From Mytilus edulis (taxonomy: Eukaryota), in the NCBI RefSeq assembly GCF_963676685.1, contig NC_092357.1, positions 8,804,001 through 8,868,000 of the forward strand: DNA of 64,000 nt, given 5' to 3'. The notes below the pieces were generated by a model. It made no database searches. It was not told where the DNA came from and saw only the letters and a list, made by a program, of their open reading frames with translations. Below, one piece after another: positions 1 to 12,876 of this stretch. The number at the start of each line of letters is the position of its first letter. Position 1 is the first letter of the stretch. Position numbers and translations under genes: made by a program.

Positions 1-2959
1 AGCGTTAATCAAAGAATAGTTGTTAAAAGGTCAGAATAACTCAGATTTGAATAAGAGGGGAAATTAGTCGCACGTCAAGAAATCAGAAGTCCAATAAGAC
101 AGTTCTCCCAGCTTGGTCATTCTGTTTCTATATTTTTTTTGGGTAGTAATAACAACCTTTATACTGATATAAGCAACACGCTTTGGTGAGCCATTTCTGA
201 TATAGTTTTTTCCACATGATAGTAATCTATATGATACAAATTGTTTTGATAAAAACAAAAATGTCAGCTTAAACCTATTTGTGACTTTTGAAAATCGGTA
301 CACTACTATTGCCTTTATTTGGTTTTCTATGGTTTATAATAATTCCATTGTATGTCCATTATATTGCAGAAGCTATATAGATGACTTGTTGATGGCATGA
401 TAAAACTAAGAGTTTGTCGCACATCTGTGAGCAAATTGGGATTAATAGGGTTTGGTTTTTTGATGACAGAAGGACTATAAATGTAAAAAAAAAGAGGATA
501 TATCAATATACATTTAAACAAATACTGCATACTGAATGATTTCCATAAATTCATTAATAATTCAGGATTTGTTGTTAAGAATATAAAACAAAGATTTCAC
601 AAGCGTCATTCATTATTTTTGCAGTCGGGAGAAAACTAATTTTGATATGTTTTACTTAACAGCAGGTTTTTAAGAAATTGGTTACAGTGTCAAAATAAAA
701 TGAAATCCACAGCAAGAACTCGTTTCGCTCGACAAAGCCTTTTTCTCATCTAAAGATATATTAATAAAAACAATTATATGTTGTAAAGATCCAATCAAGC
801 AAGATGCTGTGATGAAATGTGATTTGGAATATTAATTATAGTACACTTTTCTTCATTAGCGTAATGGGGTAAAAAAAAGTCCATTGATTTCTGTATGGCT
901 ATAATTTGAAGATAGGATTCAGTGTTTCGGCTCTGTGTTGAACACAATTGGTATATTACTTTGCATACATTTTTATGAATATGTAATTTGTTAGGTTTGA
1001 CCTCTACGCCGTTATGAAACTAATGATATGATGTAAGGTTTCATGTTGGCTTCCTAATTTGATTTATGATAGGAATAATATTCATTCTAGGAAGGAATTT
1101 TAATCTGTTATATGTAATCAAGAATAATTTTGCAAATTTGGTTCATATCATTTGATTAACGTACAATAATATTTTACAATGAATCTATGGAAAATCTACT
1201 GATCATCAACTTCCGTATCTTAAAGATTATTACAAATTGATTTGAATGACATATTGATGGAAAACTCTGAATGGCATGCATAGTAAATGGTTGATACGTG
1301 CAGCTAACCCGATTTCAAAATATTTGATATGAATTTATATAACAGCAGGGAAAAACACGAATTTTGTTGTATGTTTTGTCTTATTAAATTCCTTATTAAA
1401 AGAAAACATACTTGTATGATAGTTGATCGATATAGTCAAACTTTTACTGTTTTTTTTATTTGACCTTTTTCAAATCACTTTGATATTGTTGACAATACCT
1501 CCTTTTACTTACCTTCACACGATTCAATTGACATTTACGATACACTGGTTAACTTTAAATTCTTCTTAAAAAAATTAAGTTTTAATAATTTGTCCGGCTA
1601 ATTTTATTTTGATTTCCTCATGTTATAGTTGTCTCTTATACCTGCTATTTGGGATCTACTTAGGTCAGGTATGTAAATGTTTGTCAAATATTCAAGATAT
1701 TATATTTAGCATTTTTTTTAAATTTGAATATCGCGAAAAGGGGCTACATAACCAATCAATGTTAATTTGACCTAATGCATGCATTTTAGATTAGTACATC
1801 CTTAAGTGAAAAATTGAAATATTATTGACTTGTGCATGTGAAATCATTTAATGACCTTATAAAGCAATGTTGAACACCTATTTATAAAATCACTTAGATC
1901 AGGAAGTAATTTGTCAATTTTTAATTATGGATGATAAAATGTCAAATGTCAAACTATTGAAGAACAAAGTGTCACGGAAAATGCTAGAAATGATATCATT
2001 TCAACTTAAAGCTTTCATATATGACAAACATAACGAGAAGAAAAAGATACGAAATGACTATATGCACCTTAACATGGAAGTCGAAAATGATTTGACAATA
2101 CAATTGCTAAAACAAAAACATCGATTAGTGTTGATTGTTTCTTCAACAGTTTCATTTATAATGTAATTATCGTATGTTTACAAAGATTCCAACTTAAATT
2201 GAATGGTTAGCAAGCTACAGCTTATATACATAATCTCAAACATAATGCAACATGATAAATTCAGTTGTACAAATTGGTTAAATTAGCAGTGCCAATATGT
2301 TACATTCTCAGCTCATTTAGTTCGATTCTCAGAAATGTCTTTGGACAGTGAACTTAAAATACATTGTATGTATAGCGCAGACTTAATTTATTGTTCTTTA
2401 ACATAGTTCTACTGCTGCGATGCAAATTCTGAGTGTCCCTCCGGAGTACAAGATACAACCAAAAGTTTTGGTTTGGTCAGTGTTGCTCAGTCTTAAAAAA
2501 AGTATGTAGGAATTAGTCAACTGATTTGTCATTTTTTTCCTCTGTCACGGCAACATAAGCAATGTCAGTTTTTCTTTAATAAATAGATTTTTAATTATTA
2601 CCTCAGAAATAACGCTTTATCAAATCATGCATCCGAAGCGTCTTCGTGGATTGACCTTCGTCAGAAACGTTAAAAGGATTAATAAGAACCGTGGTATTTG
2701 CAAAGATATAAGACCAAATACGGCATATCCATAGTAGCTAAATTGATCTAAGTACAACTTTGCCTAAAGGAGTTGAAATATATTCTACTTTATAAGGCAA
2801 TAGCACATAATTTATATTATAGTTGGATAGATTTAACAGATGATAACCTTTACAAGAAATCATGCTTTTCTAAGATTGTTTGTGACGTCTTGAGATTCAA
2901 TCAGTTATATGTGTAATAATTGATGCTTTCATCTAGGAGTGATATTTTTTTTATTAGTA

Positions 2960-3370
2960 TGAACTGGCTTTGAACGAGCTAGCGGTAACTGAAAGTACTC
3001 ATATTGTATCTGTTGTTTTATTCTTGTAATTTACAATTGATATGTGAGCGCTCACAAACATATTTAACCTCGCAACATTCTGTATGTTACTGTCCGACGT
3101 CAGGAGAATGTATTTCAGTGATGTTGTTGGTTTTTACTGTAATATTCGTTGTTCGTCAATAGATTTATTTGAAATGAACCGTTTTCTTCTTTTAATTGAC
3201 ATGTTTCATTTTTTGATGACGAGATCTTTTATAGCCGTTTTTTCGATAAAGGGTTGTCTTACTTTTGAAGGTCAAATACTTGTCAATTTGGCTTATATAC
3301 ACTTTATTTGAACTCTCGTTAATAGTTTTCTCAAAGGCAAACATATCTTATTCCCTTCTTTTTCTATTGA
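2960..3370 (-). mobile_element. Decayed family A copy
   Basis: gaactggctttgaac..agcggtaactg..tttatagcc..tgaaggtc; similar decayed minus-strand copies at 21250-21500, 23000-23220, 33030-33245 and 33590-33785. Confidence 0.6.
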
Positions 3371-6029
3371 GATATACAATTTGTTTCATTTGACAATTTA
3401 CTAGTGATATATTATCAATAAAAATGATAATAATAACTACAAAAGAGCAGCAAAAGATACCAAAGTGACATTCAAACTCATAAGTAAAAAATAAACTGAC
3501 AACGCCCTGGCAAAAAAAAAAGACGAACATGCAAAAATCCGAACATAAAACGAAAATTAAAAAAAAATATCGAAAGCAACACGTTCCACACTAATGTTAT
3601 TGTCCCAACAAACGGGTATGCTAAACCTCCTCCGCATGTGATACCGGTCGTTATTATAAATAATACTATAATGGCAGACAATGATGAGAATGTACGTAAA
3701 CAAGTAACAAGTAAACATTGTCATCAAATCTTTTCAAAGATTGATCACCTTCTTCATTAGAGATATTGTAAATGACACTGTTTCAGTATGACAGCCCTAT
3801 TATCTTTGTTTATCAGTATAAGCGTATTGGAAAAACGAGAAGCTTCAGAGATATAGTTTTCCAAGTTTTCTTTTCTAGAAATTCTAAGGAAAGGCAAATT
3901 TGTCATTTTGTTAAACTGATATGTAAATCAATAAAATTGAGACAAAGACAGATGCATTTATATAGTATAAATTTACAAGTTCATGGAATTATGTAATACT
4001 GTCATGCATTATTGGTATGCAGCCTTTCCTGTACTCGCAATACTTAAAATCGTATTAGTTTTGATTGTCCAACAACCGCCACAATAGAACCAATCAATTA
4101 TTACTGAATGACGACCTCGTTTCCACATGCTCGATACTTTTAAAGAGTAATACACGGTACTCCTTGATAAACCGAACGACTTATTTTGATCATTCAGTTC
4201 ATATAAATTGGAGGTAATCGCACATTATAATATTACAATGGTTTGAGAAATATGTAAAGTGCGTATTTTGTTGTTTTTTAATTTATAATTGTCTATGTGC
4301 AGTCATTATTATCTGATGTAATGTTTAACTAAGTAAAGCTGTACATGTTGTATGTTTGATATTTCATACCATAATAGCAGTCATAAAAGGAGTAATGAAA
4401 TATGAGCATGTAGGGTTAGTTAAGGAAATCTTAGAGGCAAGAAATAAATGTAACTGCCTTTTAAATTTGTTAAGTGCAAATTGATAATTCATAAAAATTG
4501 TAGGACAAAGAACATAAAACACAACTACTGACATTTTCAGACCAATATTTATAATTTATATATGATTCACAATAAATCGATATCAAACTAATTTTATGAA
4601 CAAAGCAATGACACGGTACTTCCTTGTTTAACAGTGCAGCCATTTTACTTTGATTACACTTTGTTGTCGATATGATGGAATTGTATGCGACTGTCAGACA
4701 AGTGGGTGGCTCATCTAGCTATGTAACAATAATTCAACCTGGTATTATAGCTAGTGTTTGTTTCTACATATAGAAATGTCTGTACCAAGTCAGAAAAATA
4801 AAGATGATTCCATTCGTAAGATTTGTTGTCCTTCTGATTTTACCATTTGTTAAGGGGATTTAAGTTTTGAATTTTCCCTTGAGTTCGGTATTTTTGTAGT
4901 TCAACAATGAACAAGTGCCTATATTGTTAAAGATCATTATGACTAAAATGAACCAAAACTGAGTTCGGTAAAAATTTATAAAATACTGATTAACATTTTT
5001 TTTAATAATTGTGCATTACTATTCATTTATACAATCGAACCAAACTTGAGTTGTGATTTCCTCCTGCGAACATTGTGCTTGTTGTAAATGGATTCATTTA
5101 AATTAAGCATGTTAAGTCTGTTGTATATAATGATTTTTTCCCTCACTTTTTCCAAATGAATGATTGATGTCCCTCATGTATTGTTTCTGGATAGTCTAGC
5201 CTTATGTTTACTCGCATTATTATAGAATCTGGCCACTGGTCTTTGGATTTCGGTTTTCAGTATTGCCAGATTTTATGTAATACCTGATCATTGGTTTTGA
5301 TGGTCTCAGTTTTTTTTCTGTCATTTTGTACGACTAAAAGATAAAAAAAAATCAAACAGAAATAAATGATGCTTTCCCTTTACTATTTTTTCTTAAAAGT
5401 ACATTTTAGTTTTGTCCATGGATTTTCTTGATTATAGGGCACTAAAGATCGAATTAAAAAATTTTCGAACGTAAAATGTAATTTTTATGATAGTGAAAGC
5501 AAATATAATACCCAGAGGTTTAGATCTGCACTGTTCGCGTATAATTCAAAATATGATATTACTTTTTGAATGTTTAGTTAAAGTTCCCGAAGCTAATTTC
5601 CACTATGATGATTACACAATATTATGTAATTTACCCTTTAATGGAATTTGGTTATTCATATGGCCCTCACCCTTTTCAAAATCTGCAGAGAAATAATTAA
5701 TTAAATGACAAAATAAAATTCTTCCTTTTAGAAAAAGTCGGAGACACCAATGGAATTTCAATGCCAGGTCTCACAACTATTTTTTTCCCTGATGTTTTGT
5801 TTCCTGATTGAGTGTTTCTGATTTAATATGTACCTGTATGTTTGTTTATAGTTTTTAGTACGTATATTCTCTAGGAATGAATGTGTAAGTACGATGATTA
5901 ATTCATATATCTGATACAAACAATCATAACGTGAAAAACATAGCTGGATTTATGTGTGGGCTTCGAATGGTATCTGCTCAATTTTAAAACATACAGGATT
6001 CAAATATCGGTACACTATCGCCAACTCTT

Positions 6030-6618
6030 ATACAACAGTAGTCAGTACTTCGTTGTTGAAATGAATATCAATTATATGGTCATTTTATGAATTTCTTGTT
6101 TACGTAAAATATAAATAGTTCGAAATACTAAGGATTTTATCATCCCAGACAAATATTATTTTAGCCGTATTTGGCACAACATTTTGGAAATTTGTGTCCT
6201 AAATGCCTTTCAAATTTGTACGTGTTTGGCTTTCTAGCTATATTGATCTGAGCGTCACTAGTGAGTTGTTTGTAGACAAACGTCTTGTATATTAAATTAT
6301 AACTATTACTATTTACACCACTTGGAAGATGCCACTGCTGGTGGACGTTTCGTCCCCCAGAGTATCAGCAGCTTTGTAGTCAGCACATCGATCTTGACAT
6401 GTTTATCAATTAATATATATGGTTATTATTATAAATTTCCTATTTACAAAAGTATGATTTTTACGAAATTCAATGGATTTTCTTATCCCAGGAATATATT
6501 ACCTTAGACGTATTTGGTTTGATAACTAATTTGATGTGAGCATCACTGATGAGTCTGATGTAGACAAAACGCGCGTTTTGCGTATGAAATTATAAGCCTG
6601 GTACCTTAGATAACTATT
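6030..6618 (+). mobile_element. Tandem (about 1.7 units, about 340 bp period) hammerhead-bearing retrozyme-like repeat, both ribozymes degenerate
   Basis: gtagtcag(t/c)ac recurs at about 6038 and 6376; HHR remnants at about 6258 (ctagtga) and 6546 (ctgatga gtct..agac aaaa); ends cctggtaccttagataacta. Confidence 0.75.
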
Positions 6619-9600
6619 GTAATTGTAATACTATGACCATTTAAATTTCGATTGACAAGTTGTTACACATGAATAACAATTTCTTTTTGAAGTGACAACA
6701 TACAAATAGTATACCTCCATTGTATACATGTGTAGGTGTTGATTTGTTGTTCCAATTTTTTTTACAGTACACAATTAGTGCTATTCCACTTGAATATTGT
6801 AAATTATTACATGGTTTTAAGGAATTACTTAAGATACATTGTTTAATATAAATATCAACTACGAGTTCCTTTTGAGGAATGATTTCATATTGAGAAAAGT
6901 TATTATTAAATATCTTTAAAAAGACGTGAATGTGTCCATTTAATTTGCCATCAAGTAATCAGTATTGGTTATGCTCCAATGCAAATTAATGAAAAGCTCA
7001 TCAAAGACACTAGAAAAATGTAAATCGGTTAAAATATTCAGTAAAACTTTAAAACTCAATCGATTGTATGCAACTGATTAAAACGCAACGACTATCGTAA
7101 AAAAACGGCTATAAAACTTACACTGCTATTATAATTTTATTTTAATATTTCAACTGATTTAATTAAATAGAAATCTTCTTAATACCTGTATTATTATTTT
7201 TTTAGAGATAAAACAAATTACTTGTAATAAACAGTGTGTGTCCAATTTGGAAGCTACATACAGTTTCAATATACGTTTTATTGAAAATGATAGCAAATTC
7301 TCAAGTTAGTCACGTATCTATGATTTTTGTTATGTTATGTTACAGGGACATCCAATTGTATCAATTCAAACATAAACTGGTAACTACATGGCGAGAAAAA
7401 AAAAACCAAACAACAGCATTCAAAATAGTACACAGGAAAACAAAAGACTGACCAATAGGAGTCCCATCAAAATTTATTACAAATTTTTTTACATACGGAA
7501 ATTCCATGAACTAAGTCAGGTGTATGAGGTTGGTACCTTTAAATAAAATCTTTATCTGGACGATGAGATTTTCGGCTAATCTAAGAATTGTGTTTTTTAT
7601 TCACCCGGATCGTTTTCTAAATTTTAAAATGGATATTGCAAATAAAATAACGGGTTAACACAAAGATTGACAGTTTTGATGAGTGTTGCTTTCGGCTTTA
7701 ATGATTAACGTTAATGATTTCTATTGTGTCAAATGTCAGGAACCGTATATATTACACACATAATTCCAGTCAAATACAGATGTCTTTGATTAAATTGGCA
7801 AAAACAGTTAATAAAACTTCTGACATGTGAAGACCCATCGTATTAGTTATACACGAATAAGAGTTCGGTAATTTTTCTGTAATTCAAAATGAAACTCAGC
7901 TGTATTCTATTGGATGACTTTTAATCAGCTTGAATATATTGAAACAAAAAGCCTTTATTAGATAATAGAAAATGTTCCAATACACAAATTAATGAAAAAG
8001 TTCAAGTTATACAATATCAGACATTTATAAAGAAATGTATTTGACAGCTTCAGTTGTTAATCTTTGATGTTCATTACCAAAACAAGGCTTATTAGCGATT
8101 TGAATTGGCCCCGTTAAGATTTGGTGGTTTTTCATCAATGATATGTAGAACAGAAAAATTAGAAGTGGGAACTAATGAACTAGATGGAATGTTTTGTCAT
8201 TGACCTTTTAAGATGAAGATAGGACAGTAGTCAACTTCGTAGTATTTAATTATGCCGCTCTACTGAATGATAGTAATGTGATCAGTGTTTACTTTGAAAA
8301 GTCGCAATCAACTGTAGACAAGAAATGTTGGAAACCGTATACGGATCCTTTATTTGTATTTTCACATTGACTATTATTTATCATCGCATTAAGATTTAAC
8401 TGTATTGTTTTTTTAATCTTCGCCTTCGTTAAAGTAATTTTTATTGTCACAAACTGAGTTTGCCAATCGACGCTTAGAGGAGCTAGAAAAACACATAATG
8501 TATTAATTCAATAGTAATACAAAGAATTCAAAAGAAATGTTTACAAATTGCTTATTAAAGTATACGTTATATAATTATGAACAGAAAAGTAGGGGGTAGC
8601 GGGCAAATTATGTATTGGCACCACATGAATAAAACCAGAGAGTTCTGATTGTCAAAATCATATAACCCAACATCGGTAAATGATATACAGAACTGATCAG
8701 AAAAGAAGAAAAGAAAAGATCAACTACCAACAACAGTCTCTGCATACACATTCATAGGCTTTACTCATTGATGAAGGTTATAGTTGTTATTTTTTGTGTC
8801 ATATGGTCCAGTTTAGTTAGTAGTCTCATTGCCAATCACCACGCCGCATATTCGTTTTATATCACCAGGAATGAATCATACATATTTCATTTAACCATAT
8901 GTGTTCACCAATATGTCTTTTGTACGATAATCTTGTCCAGAGTACAAAATTAAAATCCAGCTGTTAAATATCTTTGTGTCTTTTTTTATATTAACCTTTT
9001 CACTGTAGAAGAAATGTAGACATGATATCTTCAGTCATCATATAGATTTTTCTTTATATTATCATCTGTTTCGATAAAGAAATTGCCAAAATTCAAAATG
9101 GAAATATGCAAACAACCTAGACTTCGATAGGTTGAAAGTTCTGTACTGGAATGGAAAGTTGACAATAGGAAAACGCAATTGTTGCTTATATCACAAAATA
9201 TAAGTATCAGTTGTCTAAAAGCAGTGTAAATTGATTTAAAATGTTAAATATATATGTTGAAAAAAATACAATTCATTGCGAGTTATATATGTTTAAGGAA
9301 ATTTAATTTAATTTAAAACATATTCAGATTATCTCACTGTTAGTAAAGTTGTAGTGTAATATCTAGTCAGGAATGTCACGATAACTGTACTCACACTGAC
9401 ATGGTAGACAATTTTTATTTATGAATATCAACTTTTAAATATCCCTAGAGTAAGGCAACAAATACAAACATCATCATCATAAATCTAAACGTTATTATCC
9501 TTCATGAAAAATAGAAATCGCAATTTATTACGTGAAGTCTACATTTTCAAAGAAGATATCAACTAATATTCATAAGGTTTACTTAATAAAGTATATATAA

Positions 9601-10720
9601 ATAATAATGACGTTATATAACCGTTTAAGTCATTGTAAGATTTGAAGATTTGTGAATCATGAATATTATAACCTCATAAAATCAATGACTCATGTCTGTC
9701 TGTTGGCCGCCACTCCTGATCCCTGAAGCCTTGTTCCTGAATTCTGTATGAATGTTTGACTGATATCTACTTATTAAGCCTTTTATAGCAGACTATACAA
9801 TATGGCTTTTTCTAAGTGTTGAATTTAACATGATTAAGTATGATTGCTTACAACCTTAGTGAAGGTATCATTGCATCAATGGCAAACATTACACATGTCC
9901 TTTTTTGTATATCATATGACCTTAAAGTATCTTGCAATCTAACTAACTGCAGTCGTGTTATATAAACGTTTGCTTGATGTGAAAAAAAACCCACAGTTAA
10001 GAGGGTCTTTTGGTGCACTGATTTAAATTCTGTTAGTATACTTATTCAAGAATGTATTCATCACACCCCACCGTTTGATTGACAATTTATTTCCGAACCT
10101 GCAACGTTTACACCGAAACACAAGTGATGCAAGCTTGTATTGCTTGTCGATATAATGATTTCATACGGATCACATGTTAATTATCTCAACACTTCTATTT
10201 TGTTATTAATTCAAATACAATAAACAACAGCATGCACAGTTTTAGTTTTTCATTTAAATATGAAAGCATAAATTAGGACAAAAGATGTATTTAGTTTCAG
10301 GGGAAGTCACTTATACTGATTACCTGGTAAAGTGCAATGTTATTTCAGCATGTCGTTTGTATGAAAACATATTACATTCATACTGAACCATAAATATTTA
10401 AGTACATAAGTAATTGTACCGTGTACTTATATGACTGTTCGTGACTTTTATTTGAGGTAAACACTGCCCTCTCTGATACCCAAGTGTAATTGATGATTTG
10501 TACATTAAATTATAAGGTTTGTCATCGTTGAAGGTCATACTTTGGCTCTTTGTTCTTTATGACTTACTTTATTGAAAGTTATCTCATTTGTAATAAAACC
10601 GCTTCTCTGTACCTTTATAGTATCAAAGAAAATACTCTTAGTTTTCTTCTTCTTTCAAATTTCGAAGATCTTTAAAAGTCAATACAATATTAGACCCTTT
10701 CATCGTGTAATAGTATATGA

Positions 10721-10764
10721 GTATCACTGATGAGTCTTATGTAGACGAAACGTTCGTCTGGCGT
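10721..10764 (+). ncRNA. Minimal type I hammerhead ribozyme (core intact, weak stem I)
   Basis: GUAUCA CUGAUGA GUCU UAUGU AGAC GAAA CGUUCG UC^UGGCGU; core at 10727-10733, GAAA at 10747-10750; one mismatch in stem I. Confidence 0.7.
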
Positions 10765-10799
10765 ATTAAATTATAAGCCTGCTACCTTTTGATAGCTAC

Positions 10800-11170
10800 A
10801 TGTATTATGTGTGTGTTGTTCTGTCCTTTGTGTTCTCCTTTTTATTTGCATTGAAGTCCTGTCATGTAATGTTGTCATTTAATGTTATATTCAACATTGC
10901 CGTTACAACGGGAGGTTTGGCTAGCCACAAAGCCAGGTTCAACCTACCATGTTTTCTTAAAATGTCCTGTACCAATTCAGGAAAAAAGCCATTTTATAAT
11001 ATAGTTTGTTTCCATATGTGTTGTTTTTGAGTGTTGTGTTTCTGTTGTTTCGTTGTTCTCCTCTAATATTTGATGTGTTTCCCTCAGTTTAAGTTTGTAA
11101 CCCGGATTTGTTTTTTTTTCTCAATTTATTGTTTAATTTCGAACGTCGGGATATTACTGCTGCCTTTATC
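10800..11170 (+). mobile_element. Interspersed repeat family C
   Basis: Matches 22340-22685 (+) and 36080-36410 (-). Confidence 0.75.
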
Positions 11171-11905
11171 TAAACATGTGACTGTTCTATACTCTACACA
11201 AGTATTCCCCATTTCAAACTAAAGACAAATTGAAAGAAATGGTATAACTCTGTTTCATAAAAAAAAATGGCCAACGTACAAGTATCTTGTCTGATGGAGG
11301 GATACATCTTACTTTGAAAAGAATCACTCTCACTTAAATGAAAAATTCTCTGAAATTGATAATATCAAGATGTTTGATTTCTTGATTGACAACATATCTG
11401 TTACGTTTGAAGGACGTGTTTTTCAACAAACTATCGGCATTCCCATGGGAACAAATTATGCCCATTTTCCTGCCGACTTGTTCCTTTATTATAATGAGGC
11501 TGACTTCATATAGGAACTTCTGAGGTAAAAGGATAAGTTTAGTTATCAAAGGTACCATGATTATAATTTAGTACGCAAGACGCGCGTTTCGTCAATATCC
11601 TTTAACTTTTCTTTCCACTATGTAGATAATGTTCTCTCACTAAATAATTCAAATCGAATTTAAACGTTATATTATGAGCAAAACAAAAGGTGCCACATGC
11701 CGAGTAGGATCTGCTTGAACGTCCGAAGCACCTGAGATCGCTCAACATTTGTGGTGAGGTTCGTGTTGCTTCATCTTTAGTTTTCTATGTTGTGTCTTGT
11801 AAGCTATTTATTGTCTTTTAGGCTTTTAGTTTTCAGGCATGGCATTGACAGTTTATTTTCGATCTATGAGTTCGACTGCCCCTTCGGTACCTTTCACCCC
11901 CTTTT
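11170..11905 (+). mobile_element. Degenerate Penelope-like RT fragment with associated 3' repeat (family E)
   Basis: Encodes, across frameshifts, LIDNISVTFEGRVFQQTIGIPMGTNYA..ADLFLYYNEADFI and YVDNVLSLNN; interrupted at about 11540-11593 by a retrozyme-family end; followed by gcacctgagatc..tgagttcgactg. Confidence 0.8.
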
Positions 11906-12324
11906 TCCAGTGACGGTGTTTTCTTACAAGCAATGAAATGTCATTTGAAATTGTGTCTACAGTAGTGGACAGGAAAAAAATGTATTTATGTATTTTAAAC
12001 AAAGAAAAATTCTGCAAAACTTTTTGAAAAGTACAATTTTAGCCAAGACTAAAAGGGGAAATCAATAGTGTTTACGTCTATACTGTATTTAAATAATTCT
12101 TAGAAGGTTTCAAAGTTTTCTAGAGAATTAATGTTGTAATTCTTAATATAACATAAAAACAACCATATGTAGTCCATTAGACGATATTTAATGTAATCAT
12201 TGTTTTTGTAAAGTCAAAAAGTCGTAGTGATTAACAGCGTGCACCTTGAAACACAATAAACATTTCAAAGAAATCAATTATCTCCTGATGTTTAATCTTA
12301 TTTCACTTTTCAATTAAAGAATTG

Positions 12325-12513
12325 AACAAGGCGATAACGAAGGATTAGATGCACATTTGTGTTAATGGGTTTTTATTTAGTTACATAACCTGCTATTCTC
12401 GTATTTCTTACTTTGTTCTTAAACAAGGCGATAACGAGGATTAGATGTACAGTTAATGGGTTTACATTTAGTAACATAACCTGCTATTCTTGTATGTATT
12501 ACTTTTTTCTTAA
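12325..12513. repeat. About 95-bp tandem duplication
   Basis: aacaaggcgataacga..ggattagatg..acataacctgctattct occurs twice; single in copy 2 (about 61940-62035). Confidence 0.85.
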
Positions 12514-12876
12514 ATTCTAAATAAATGAGAATAAAACCATAACACAGGTTGATCTTCACCAGCAGTTTTGTTAAATTTGCTTTGATTGAATCCTTGAAGT
12601 TGTTTTAAATATACGGGGTGAAATAACTCACGGCTAATAGTATCATAAAGTAAACAGTACGTGCTTCTATTTTGAACTTGAAATAAAAACAATGCATCAC
12701 GTTATTCATTCTATTTTATTCGAATTAATTTTCGATTATAAGAATGAATATGCAGATGAAACAAAATATGTCGTGGAATCAGCTGAACAAATAGATCATA
12801 AATGTAATTGTTGTTGTAACTCAGGAAATCCATTAAATTTGGTATCAGAGGTAAAATGAATCTAAAGTATGTATGA

